A stretch of 64,000 bases of DNA. It comes from Chrysomallon squamiferum. Its lineage: Eukaryota; Animalia; Mollusca. Where the stretch lies: positions 6,448,001 through 6,512,000 of the forward strand of contig CM022674.1 of the NCBI GenBank assembly GCA_012295275.1. The letters run 5' to 3'. Below are positions 51,207 through 64,000 of this stretch, one piece after another. The number at the start of each line of letters is the position of its first letter. Position 1 is the stretch's first letter. Both the position numbers and the translations under genes were made by a program. The notes beneath the pieces were generated by a model. The model was given only the letters and a program-made list of their open reading frames with translations. It made no database searches and was not told where the DNA came from.

Positions 51207-53964
51207 AAAACAAATACGGAGTATTTCGTCTAGACTGGGTGACTGGTTTTTTTTGTCTGTCTTTGTTCAGCTTATTATTTATTTATTTATTTATTTATTT
51301 TAATAACTGTATTAATTAATTTTATGAATTTTGTCATTTTGTTATATCTATATCTATATATAGATAGATAGATTATTATTTTAGTAGAAGCAGCAGCAGT
51401 AGTTGTAGTAGTAGTAGTAGTAATAGTAATAGTAGTAGTTGTTGTTGTAGTAGTAGTGTAATTTAATTACTTTTTTTTTCAGTTTTACATCTGCTAGGTT
51501 TATTGTAATCTATTCTATTCAGTTATTAGCTTATTTACTTATTTTAAAAAAAATAAAAAAAAATAAAAAAAATTATTTGTTTGTTTATTTTGTAGCTGTT
51601 TAGATGGTGGAGCCGGTGACATTTTTTACTGCTGCTACGACCATTACAACTACTACAACTGCTGTTACTAATGATATTGTTAGTAACTAGAGCTAGAAGT
51701 AGTATTGTTTATTTATTTATTCATTTATTTATTTATTTATCATCATGATTACAAAAAAAAAAAAAAAAAAAAAGAAGAGCGATTAAAAATATTTACTGTT
51801 TACTACATCACCTAGGTGTACCATCCCCCCTATACCATTACCCCTACACCATCCCTATTTCCACTTACCCACCAATCCCCTCCACCACCACCACCCCCCA
51901 CTCCCGGACGCTTTTTCTACACTTTAGCAACCGGTTCTCTCCCAAACACGAAAGAACAACGTGCTAATTGCCGCGTTACTTTGCAAGTTGTTTAGTGCAT
52001 AGTTGTCATAAATTAAATTCGACCAATCACCGAAGGGCTCCCAAGTCGGCCAGAAAGTGCAACGTGACCTTGCGAATATTATCGAAATTCGTGTGTCTTA
52101 ATCCACGAAGTACATTCGTCGAATTCCGTTAGCATATATGTATATATATACAAACAAACACACCTTTAAGAATGGGACTTAATCTTCTAGATTAAATCAC
52201 GTTTGTCCTATGTTCACAGAAGCGAACGAAAACAAAGAGGGTTATACCTAGCGGAAAATAAGTGCGGAGGAGGGTGTAACATAGAACAGCGAAAAATAAG
52301 GAAAAGATAAAAAAAATAAAAATAAAAAAAATATATATATATATTTTGATTAACAGATGAGTAAATTTCGTTAATTTATATTAATTTATTACAGGAAAAA
52401 TGTTGGGTTTCTTTGTGTATATTTTTATTTTTTATTTCATTTTTTGTGGGGTTTTTTTTTTGGGGGGGTTATTTCTTAATGTTTTTCATCCATCTGTCTC
52501 TATATCTATCTATTAAATTGTGTGTGTGTGTGTGTGTGTGTACTAACATACACACTGATTTGTTTGCATTTTTGAATCTATACAAGTAAATCTTAATTTT
52601 ATGTTATTTTGCTTTCTTTATCTATTTTATTTTCACTTGTTTTATTTTATTTTATTTTATTTTATTTTATTATATTTATATATTAATTTATTTATTTTGT
52701 TGTTTTATTTTTGGGGGGTTACTACTTTTAGTTTTCACCCTGAAATTTTTAAATTATAATTAGTCACATTATGCACATGTCTGTTTGACTATGTGTCTGT
52801 CTATTTCCCGCAGCAGTGTTTTTTTCTAAATTATATTTTACAAGTGTCACGCAGTTCAAATAGGTAGAGAGAAAATAAAAACGTGTTGTTAATTTCCTTT
52901 ATTTTATTATCTTTTTAATGGAATCATGCTTGAGTGAATGATGAAATATACATGACATGCATTTCTTTTTTCATTTTCATTGCTATTTTTATTTTTATTT
53001 TTATTTTTATTTTTATCGTTTATTTTTCTTTATTCAAACAACTTTCACTAAAACCTCAGCAGTAGCACGTGATTTAAAAAAAAAAAAATTATATATATTT
53101 TATTATATTAACATGTATTAATTATAATATATGTTCTGTGATTAAATAAATAAACAAACAAACAAACAAACAAACAAATAAAACTTTCAGATAAAGAAAA
53201 AAATATTCAATATAACTTTACTTTATTTCCTTTTTATACCTTTTTTTTATCTCTTTTACTTTCTTTCTTTCCTTGATTTTCATTCCTTTCCTCTCTTTCC
53301 ATCAGATTTTATAAAGGCCCAGTACAGAAATACACTCACTTTGTCTTTACGCAGTATGAAACTTGGGAGTGGTACGTTACTTCACTGTATGTAACCCGTC
53401 TTTTGATTGGATGACGCAACCGCACTTGGTGTCCGCTATAACGAACCTGTTTCACTGGGAGTAGATAGATATAGGTAAGTATATAAACCACGGCTAATAA
53501 AAGGAAATCACAAAGGAAGGGCAAATACTGTACTAACGAAATATTTTTGTTATTATATTAATAAACCCATGGCGTGTTGAAGATAAAAAGAAGTAGAAAT
53601 TTCGTGTGGTGATTTTTGGCTAATTTTCCTGCTGAGCGCTTGGCGTCTGGGAATGTGTGCATGCACGTGTGTGTGTGTCTATTCAGGTGTTTGTACATGT
53701 TGGGAAGATATGAGTGTGAGTTGTAGTTTAGGTTAAATTAAATGTACACAAACAGAAAGCTTGACACACTGTCAGACGTAGACAGACAGACAGGAAACCA
53801 TTTTGATCAGATACAGACAAAGCGACAGACACAGATAGGTAGAGGGACTGTCATATAAAGCGACATTTATACAGACAGACAGAGATACAGACAGGCAACG
53901 AAACAGACTCATAGACAGATGGACAGATAGACTGTCAGAAGACTGATCCATAGATATGTAGATC

Positions 53965-53995
<31 letters not shown>

Positions 53996-54288
53996 GTCAT
54001 GATCAGACCTCATCCACTGAAAAAACAGACATGGGATTGACAGGTTTTGTCACAGTTAATTTTACCTCTGTGTACTGGTTTTCATTTCTTAACGTGTATT
54101 TTATGTCGGGTACTGACTCAAGTTTCATGTTTGGATCGTCACCGTGCTTGGTTACCGACATATAAACCTTAGATTCGTAACAACAGCGAAACTTATCTCC
54201 GCTTCACACCGTTAACAACCGCAAAGAACCATTTTTTTGGCCAGGATTTGGTTTCCGATGAAAAAATAATCATAATAATGTTGTTGGA

Positions 54289-54330
<42 letters not shown>

Positions 54331-54571
54331 TAAAAACAACAATGAACTCGATGTATTGTCGAATGGAATTTATCTCCCCCCCCACCATCTGCACTGCTCT
54401 CAGATAACCCTCTCTCCCCCCTCACATTTTTCTGTGGCATAAAAGGAATTCAAGTTTGCTGTTCGCGTTACGACATGCCACAAACTGTTGCGTGCCTTAC
54501 GACGTCATTGTAGTTGTTACTGGAGAAATGAATCATTTACCGTTTGTCTGCGATTCCTACGTTGTAGTTTC

Positions 54572-54641
<70 letters not shown>

Positions 54642-54935
54642 TGTATGTGTATGTGTGTGTGTGTGTGTATGTATATGTTTATGTATCAAGGAATGTATGT
54701 ATGTATACAGACAGAGTAACCTTAATATTCTTACTCGTATTATTAGTAACAGATGTTGTTGCTGCTGTAGTAGTGATAGTTGTAGTAGTAGTGGTAATAG
54801 TAATATACGTAGCAGTAATAGTAGTAGTTGTAGAAATAGTAGTAATCGTATTTTTAGTAGAAGAAGTCGTTGTACTGTGTTATTGATGTTGCTGTCGCTA
54901 CCGTTATATTACTTTTTCCTTTAAACTCTGACGTC

Positions 54936-54975
<40 letters not shown>

Positions 54976-55084
54976 GTTGTTGTTATATTTGAAGCATATT
55001 TTTCCACACTCTATGTTCGATGCCTTTATTTATATAAGTAAAACTATTACTATCAATCAATCCAGAAAAGAAATGGACATAGCA

Positions 55085-55177
<93 letters not shown>

Positions 55178-55778
55178 AATGACTTCTCAGTACACCACAG
55201 TTAAGAAAACTGACAGAAAAATAAAACAAATGTAGGTGTTAGAAGCTCATTGTCTTGAAAACATCCATGTATATTTCTACACGCTCGTTAATTGATTTTT
55301 TCTCTAATTACGGACTCTTCAAAAATGACAGCTGGGGTCAATAACCTATCGGTCGTCGTGCCGTTATGCACTAACTAACTAACATCGCATAAGGTCGTTG
55401 ACATGCCGTAGGGGTGGTGGTCAATCCACGAAAAATGTTGCTGTGGTCATCGGTCGGGATCAGGCGATGCTTGCTGTCCGTCTGGTGGCTGAGCAGTCTG
55501 CTAACTTGTCTCCGCCTCGCAAGAATTTCCGGTCACTTCCACTGCGCATGAGCAAAAGCAGACCGCGGGAAAGCGTTTGTGAGTAGGCGATGTTTTGATT
55601 TATTAACGGGAGCGTTCAAACTGAAGTTAAACGTTTTTTTTTTTTTTTTTACTTGTATCGTGTCTTCTGGTGTTTTGGGTTGTTTTTTTTTTCTTGTTTT
55701 TTTCCTGGTTTTTTTTTTTTTTTTAAATTTATTCATTGTTTTTGTTGTTGCTATCCATTTTTTTCTTTTATTTATTTC

Positions 55779-55821
<43 letters not shown>

Positions 55822-56689
55822 TTTTTTTTTATTTTTTTTTATTATTTTTATTATTAAATATATTAAATAGTAGTAGCAGAAGTAGTAGTAGCAGCAGCAG
55901 CAGCTGTAGTAATAGTAGTAGTAGTAGTTGTTGTTGTAGTACTAGTAGTAGTAGTAACAAAAAAAAAAAAAAAAAAAATATTATTAATAATAATCTCATT
56001 ATATATCCACAAAGTTGTCAACGACACAATTAAATTAACAAACAAAATGAAAAAGAAAAATTAAAAAATACAAACAAAAACATCTGTCTCACCTATTCAT
56101 AAATAAATATTTTCGCACAAACAAAATAACATGCATTAATTGTTTGTTTTTGTTTGGCTTTTTGTTGGGGCATATTTTTTTTTTTTTTTTTTTATTTTTT
56201 TTTGTTGTTGTTTTTTTTGTTGTTTTGTTTTTTTTTCTTTAACACAGCAACGACATGTTTTCAAGTAACCATACCACCTTAATTATTCTTCTTTTTTTTT
56301 TTCTTCTTCTATATTTACTCGAGACTTATCACATTTCCAGCTGTCCTTGAAGTAATATCAATATGCATTATTATCGTCTGCTACCGTACAGGGTATTCGG
56401 AGTTGACATGTTCCCGCTCTGAAGGTCAAGTCCGTGTTACGAACGTAGATAATTCGAATCGGTTTTAAGCGTCAACGCAGAAGTTTTCCGAAGGTTTCCG
56501 ACCGTTTTGAATATCACGCGCCGAAGGACAGATTTGTAAAGTGTTCTATGATAAACATAATTAATACTCTTTTTCTGTTATTATTATTTTTTTTTCTTCT
56601 TTGTATTTTAAACCAGCATTTTTGTCACAGTTCAGTTGTCGAAGATCGTAAAACTGATATATTACGTCAGCTGGTAAGACGAAAGACAG

Positions 56690-57555
56690 CGGATGTATTT
56701 TAAGACAGTTGATATGTTTGTAAGACAGTTGATAAGTTGTTAGACAGTTGATATATTGTAAGACAGTTGATATGATGTAAAACAGTTGATATGTTGTAAG
56801 ACAACTGATGTTGTTAGACTGTTGATATGTTTGTAAGACAGTTGATAATTTGTTAGACAGTTGATATGTTTGTAAGACAGTTGATATGACGTGAAACAGT
56901 TGATAAGTTGTAAGACAGTTGATATGTTTGTAAGACAGTTGATATGTTGTAAGAGAGTTGATATGTTGTAAGACAGTTGATATGTTTGTAAGACAGTTGA
57001 TAAGTTGTAAGACAGTTGATATGTTGTAAGACAGTTGATATATTTGTTAGACAGTTGATATGATGTAAGACAGTTGATATGTTTGTAAGACAGTTGATAT
57101 GATGTAAGACAGTTGATATGTTTGTAAGACAGTTGATAAGTTGTAAGACAGTTGATGTTGTAATACAGATGATATGTTTGTAATACAGCTGATATGATAT
57201 AAGATAGTTGATATGTTGTAAGACAGTTGATATGTTTGTAAGACAATTGATAAGTTGTAAAACAGTTAATAATACAAAAGACAGCTGATGTATTTGAAGA
57301 CATTTGATATATTGTAGTACAGATGATATGTTATAATACAGTCGATATTATGTAAGACCGTTGATGTTTCGTAAAACAGTTGATGTTTGGTAAGACAGTT
57401 GATGAGTTGTAAATCAGTTGACATGTTGTACGTCAGTTAATATATGGTAAGACCGTGACTGTTTTGTAAGACAGTTGATGTGTTGTTAAGACAGTTGATG
57501 TGTTGTTAGACAGATGATGTGTTGTTAGACAATTGATGTGTTGTTAGACAGATGA
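56690..57555 (+). repeat. 19-20-bp minisatellite (taagacagttgatatg(t)ttg), roughly 40-45 units
   Basis: Direct inspection; explains the periodic minus-strand ORF 56740-57303. Confidence 0.95.
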
Positions 57556-58278
57556 CAAAATATTCAATGAATATTTAATTTGCACGTCATTCATTTATTT
57601 ATTCAAATACATCTATTAACTTTACTCGCTTAATCATTCGTTGAGTCAATATGTTTATTCACTGAGCATTTGCTGATTTATTGTTATTAATATTGTTATT
57701 ATTATTGTTGTTGTTATTGTTATTATTATTGTTTTTATTATTGTTATTATTATTGTTATTATTATTATTATTATGTCGAAAATGTATTTTAAAAATGATC
57801 TGTTTACTTTACCTATTTGCACTTGATACGATATCTTCTATTTAAAAAAAAATTATTTACACGTCTATCTGGAGATTAACTGTTACTGATTTATTTATTA
57901 AACCTCCGTCTGCAGCTGGTTTATGCCATAAAGCCTCAGGGCAACTTCGATCGACACATTCCATTTGCTTATTGCGTGTATTCCGTTTGCGTGTGCATAT
58001 CGAACGAACGCGTCCGTTTCAAGTGCGCCTGCGCAGTATTCCTACTTGCATTTCAGACGGAAAAAGAAGTCTGTTCTTTTCCTTTACCTGTTGTTCATTT
58101 TATTAAATTTATTTTTTACATAAATATTAAAACTGTTTAAATTTGAATTATTGAAAAAAAAAGAAAAAAAAAAAGAGTTCAAATTAAGAAACGTTTGCAG
58201 TGATATGTTCGTGGTTTTAGGGAGGGTCTCTCTCTCTCTCTCTGCCTGTCTCTCTCTCTCTCTCTCTCTGCCTGTCTC

Positions 58279-58309
<31 letters not shown>

Positions 58310-58316
58310 CTCTCTA

Positions 58317-58352
<36 letters not shown>

Positions 58353-58447
58353 ATCCTGTCTGTCTCTCTGACTCTGTCTCTCTGCCTGTTGTCTCTCTCT
58401 CTACCTGTCTCTCTGTCTGCCTGTCTCTCTGCCTGTCTGTCTCTCTC

Positions 58448-58532
<85 letters not shown>

Positions 58533-58986
58533 CGGCGCAATTTTCATCACACACACATAAAAAGATAGAGAGTGGAATAGATTCATATATACTTGAACAC
58601 ATTTACAGTAACATATATCCATACAGAAATACTCTTTCTTACACATGCATCTGCAAACACAAGCACATATTTATTCATTTTAACTCTGTAAGCGGAACTT
58701 TCTTGCTAATAATATTTTCAGCCAATGGGAGACGTCGACCTCAATTCACCTCGGTTATCTAACGTACTTCCCGATTGTCTCACATGAAAATCGAGACTTC
58801 CGACTAATAGTCAGCTGTTGTTATAACACTGAAACGTGATCGTATCATCTCGTTAGTTTCCTTGTTTGCCTGTCACTTTTTCTCAGTTCTTAACAAGCAT
58901 CTGTCTGTCACACTCTCTATCTCTCACATTGTATTTTTTTTTTCTCTTTGTGTCTCTGTCTCATTTCTTTCTCTTTCAAACTATAA

Positions 58987-59041
<55 letters not shown>

Positions 59042-59110
59042 GACACATACACGCACATACACACATTCTTTCTTTTTCATTCTTTCTGTTTCTTTATCTC
59101 ATATTCTTTT

Positions 59111-59195
<85 letters not shown>

Positions 59196-60762
59196 TTAAC
59201 CTGAATTTAAAAAAAAATTCAAATCTCGTTTGTTTTCCTTACGTCAGAAAACCTAACATTAACAGATGTTCGATTTTTCGATAAAAAATAATTTAAAATG
59301 TTTAAATCGAAGTCAGGTTTCAAATTTTAATTCTTTTAACTTAATTATAATTCTATCGGCATCTTCAAGGTTTCTGATAGAAGTCTTTTATTTATTCCTT
59401 AAATACTCCTAAAAGTTAAGCACGTGGATTCGAATTTTATACATTCAGTAACATGTTTTAATTTTGCTGTAATACATTATATTGGCATTTTCAAGGCAAA
59501 TTGGAAAAGAATACTTATAGCAAATTACGTTTATTAAAAAACGCCTAAAACTTGATGCTTGATTTTCACAAAAGATTTATTTGATGTCCTGTGGGTCTTA
59601 GAATGTCACGTGATTTCAGAATCATTACTTAGCTTAATTAAGTATGGTGAATAATACTTTAAGTTACGAAATGTCTATATTTAAAAAAAAATTAAATTAA
59701 AAATTAAAAAACAATTGTAATTAAAATGTTTTTTTTTTTTGTTTTTGGTGTTGTTTTTTTGTGGGGGTTGTTGTTGTTGTTTTCTTTATTTATTATTAGT
59801 CTCTTTTTAAATCTAATGATAATAAAAGAAAATATACAGGCCGTTTTATTTTCAATAGAGACATATAGAGAGTTTTAAAACACAAAATATATTATTATTT
59901 TGCATTTTATGTGTGACATTAATGTCACGTATACTATTAATAAATCTGCTATTGTTACTATTACGACTAGTAGTTCTACTTCTACTACCTCGAGATCTGC
60001 TACTACTGCTACTGCTATTGTTTTTACATAACAATAGTATTAGAGATAGAGTTAGTATTAGTAATAGCAGAATTAGTAATGTTAATGGTAGTAGTAGTAG
60101 TAGTAGTAGTAGAGCTAGCAGTAATAATAGTAGTGGTAGTGGTAGTGGCAGATGCAGCAGTAGTGGTAGTTTTATTTTGAATATCAGTTGTTTTATTACA
60201 TTTAACTAAAAACGTAACAAATTAATTTAAAAAAATAATAATAATAATATGACATACTCTTGATTAACAAAAATAGATTTAATATTTACGTTTTCCCCGT
60301 GTCTTCTTTCTCTTTCTGGAAATACTACGAGATCCACTATAAAATACGGAATGCATTCAGGCAACAATTACATACGTCAAACCAAAAAAAAAAAAATATA
60401 TGACGTGTTAGAAATATATTCTATTTGGCGCTAAAATTCTAAATTTGTCCTACTAAAAATAAATATTATGCCATCGGCTGCAACTGCGAAATCGACACCC
60501 CAAGGTTGAACGTGTGGGTTGTTTCGGAAAGTTCAAATGCCTCTCCACTGCCTTTCAAGATATCCAAGTGACGTCATACGAGTATATTTGTAGAAACAAA
60601 TAAGGAAAATGTTTCGTTTGTTGTTAACGTAAAACATTCTACAAAAGGGTGTGGTGAACTTTGAGTGGGATTTTCAACAGTGTGACGTGTGTTTATCTAT
60701 CTAATAAGGAAACTGACGACAATATGTTTCAGAATTTTTTTTTTTTTTTTTTTTTAGTAATG

Positions 60763-60797
<35 letters not shown>

Positions 60798-61138
60798 TGT
60801 GTTGTTTTGGTTATTATTATTATTGTTGTTGTTGTTGTGGTTTTGTTGCATTCGTTTGTGTTTTTTTTTTTTTTTTAAATCAGGAACAAACTTTTATGCA
60901 TAATAAAAATAACAGCAATAATTTGTTGCTGGCCCTGAATCTAATCTGAAATATTTATTTGTGAAAGTGTTATTATCAAGATGTAAAAATATTCATTTGT
61001 GAAAAAAAAAAAAAAAAAAAAAAAATTATAGTGTTGTTAGCTATCATTAGAACAGCCGGTTTAGTAATGCTATCCCAGAATTCATCAGCCAATCCATGTC
61101 AAGGTTTTATCCATTCGAATTTCGCAAAGAGTAAACAG

Positions 61139-61204
<66 letters not shown>

Positions 61205-62060
61205 ATAATAATAATGTTTACTAAAACTGGATATTGATCCACCCTGTGTTACATAATAACATCCTGCGCCCACCATCCTCTGACATAATACGTAAGCAAC
61301 AAAAGATGAATTAGCGTTAATACTCTATGTTAACGATCGTCACTGCATAAATTAGTGGCAAATGATTCAACAGATGGCGCGCATACATGAACAAATTCAT
61401 TCATAGTTTTTGCTGTTCTGTTGCGTGCATAATAGCATCGCTATATATATATGTGTATGTATGTTTATGTATGTAAGTGCATAAAGTATAAATGCCTGGG
61501 TTAATTATCTGTAGGCAAGTTTGTTCAGCCAGTGGAAACATACACCAGATGGGTTTTTAAAATTCCGAAATCGTTTGCAGCAGACGTTTACCCTTGTGTC
61601 GGAAGTTGTTTGGGTTACAAAACTTACAGAATGCGCCGATCGACAGGGCAGAGCAGACGATTTTTCGGGCAGTTGCAATGAATCACCGAGCGTCTGACGT
61701 CATTGTTCTAGAGTGACCTTGGCTGGTGCAGCCTCGTTAACAAGAATGAAAAAGCGCTTGCACCGTTTCGAACTGTCCCGCCTACGTCTGAAACTATTGA
61801 TTTGACGATAAACGGAAACTCCCAAATTAAGTAAATTAATTTTATATGTTCTTGTTCTTCTTGTTCTTTTTTTTTTTTCTTTCTTTTTTCTTTTTTTTTT
61901 TTTTTTTTTTTTTTTACATCTTTTCTGCTCTTCTTTTTCTTTCTTTTTTTTTTTTTTTTTTTTTGTGTATCCGTTGTTTTTTCCTTTTTTTTTTTTTTTA
62001 TAATTTCGAATTTAAACTTTAGACCTCTGCCGTCTGCTTCACCTTCAGTTAACAACAATA

Positions 62061-62112
<52 letters not shown>

Positions 62113-62190
62113 ACATTAATACATTTTCAAAAGTTGTTTATTAAAGGTTCTTCCTTTTCATCTAACTTGCATAACGAACAAAAAGGACCC

Positions 62191-62273
62191 CTGACCTCTG
62201 GTCATTCATAAAAATAACACAAAATGTCTTGAACACTGGTCATAGTGACCTTATGTTTAAAAGGTCGTGACCT
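62191..62273. promoter_or_regulatory. Nuclear-receptor half-site cluster including a perfect ERE palindrome
   Basis: GGTCAtagTGACC at 62238-62250, TGACCTctGGTCA near 62192, AGGTCGTGACCT near 62262. Confidence 0.45.
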
Positions 62274-62762
62274 ACAGAACGTCATTACTTATCTGTCTTT
62301 AAGGCTATAAAGATTTTAACTCTTAATTTTTATGTTAAAAGAAAAACGTCAAGCAGAGACATAAAACAAAAAAAGTGAATATATTAGATAATATATTAGC
62401 AATGTTCATGGTAGTTGTAGAGAGAGAGAGGGAGGTAGAGAAAGGGGGGGGGAGAACGGAGTGAACCTGATTTTAAATTATTTTTGTAGCATTCCGAATT
62501 CAGGTATTACCATGGTGACCTGTTTTGTTTCACGTGATAGTATGTTAATTAAGCTGCTATTTATAGCCGGGTTAAAAAAAATAATAATAATTAAAAAAGA
62601 AATACACGTTTTTGGGGTTTTTTTTTTTTTTTTTTTTTCGTTTTTCATCCTGTTCTTTCTTCTTTCTTTTTCTTTAAAAAAAAAAAAAATTAAAATGATT
62701 TTTTTTATTATTATTATTTTTATTTTATCTTATTTATTAACATGACATTTTATCAGTTACTT

Positions 62763-62803
<41 letters not shown>

Positions 62804-63176
62804 TTCTAATTATGTATAGTCATTCGGATATTTGGGCTGAAAATTCCTTTAAGTAATTTTTATTTTTAATTTTATTTTTTTAATTTTTTAATTTTTTTTT
62901 TTTTCCCCGACGTAACATCCGTTTTAAAATTAGCGTGGTCTAGATGACCTGACCTAGATACATCAGAAACAATGGTGGACAAACTAAGCACGTTCTATGA
63001 GCAATACAGTTTTTACAATTACTTATATATTTATATATATCGCCAATAGTTGTCTTTTAATGTGTATATAATGACATGTTCATCTTGTACTGTATATATA
63101 TAATTTTCATATAAATGGTGTATGGATGCATGTAGATGTGTGTGAACGTGCGTTAATGAAGCCACACACACACACA

Positions 63177-63209
<33 letters not shown>

Positions 63210-63837
63210 CCTTTATCTACATATAACGTGTTATTATATAACAAATATAAATAATTAACCAGCAGATACATGTACTCGCAGCTCTGCAACTAAAAAGAAA
63301 AATAATAACTATCATTATCGCTTGTTCTACGTTCTAATCAACACATTTTCTTAGCTGTGTATTCACACAACTATAAACATGTTTACGAGAAACGTGCGCT
63401 GGCCACACCTATCTACGTTCTAGCCGTCGAACCATCGGTCCTGGGCTAGCGCTGAAAGTCCGGAACGTGCCGAGAAAGACCTTGATCTAGTTTTTAAAGC
63501 GGAGTACGGTGTTCATCTATTTTTACCCTTCGGCTGACGTGGTTGTCCGCAGATACATTTTCATCGATATTTACCGAATTCCGGTTAATGATATTTTTCG
63601 TTTTGTTTTTTTGTTGCGACGTTTTAAAAATTTAAGAGAAATACTAATGATAATGATAATAATAATAATAGTAATAGTAATGATCATAAATTTTTTTAAA
63701 ATAATTATGACATAAATTTCTTCCGGGTTGGGGATAATGTGTTAGTTTTTTTTTTTTAATGGTTTTGTGGGGGATTTTTTGTTTGTTTATTTATTTATAT
63801 AATTTAATTTAATTTAATTTATTAATTTTTATTGTTA

Positions 63838-63875
<38 letters not shown>

Positions 63876-64000
63876 TTTATTATAATAATGCTTGCTATAA
63901 TTTTGTTTTGTTTTAATGACATCTTGGAACCAGTGACACTTTTCTTTGTCTACGTTGACCACGTTTTCTTCTTTCTTTATTTCTTTATTTATTTACTTAT

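Noticed and set aside
56740-57303. 187-aa minus-strand ORF
   Set aside because: Periodic translation of the 19/20-bp satellite.

Overview
AT-rich, microsatellite-dense animal genomic DNA, probably molluscan (inferred from the protein families). I reconstructed three spliced + strand genes by hand, all with frame-consistent GT-AG junctions. (1) The 3' part of a type I membrane protein (447-6706) with a divergent discoidin-like ectodomain, a Ser/Thr repeat stalk, CxCxC and a C-terminal transmembrane module. (2) A complete PARP12/ZAP-family gene (11308-23079, 6 coding exons, 785 aa, 5 CCCH fingers, 2 WWE domains, intact H-Y-I ART domain). (3) A DBD-less NR0B (SHP/DAX1-like) nuclear receptor (34712-38236, 2 coding exons, 396 aa), followed by about 26 kb of non-coding sequence with unique islands rich in nuclear-receptor and CRE motifs. 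Also present: a decayed MULE transposase, a Tc2-like element with a template-switch insertion, a tRNA-derived SINE head, three minisatellites and a 2.6-kb intronic tandem duplication. The most notable observation is a 42-bp minisatellite that starts exactly at the weak splice donor after the PARP12 WWE exon. Each unit carries ATTAAA plus a GU/U tract and an AANNGAAA IRF core, suggesting a repeat-encoded ZAP-S-like short-isoform switch. Most ORFs in the supplied track are microsatellite artefacts. All calls are by eye; no searches were run.
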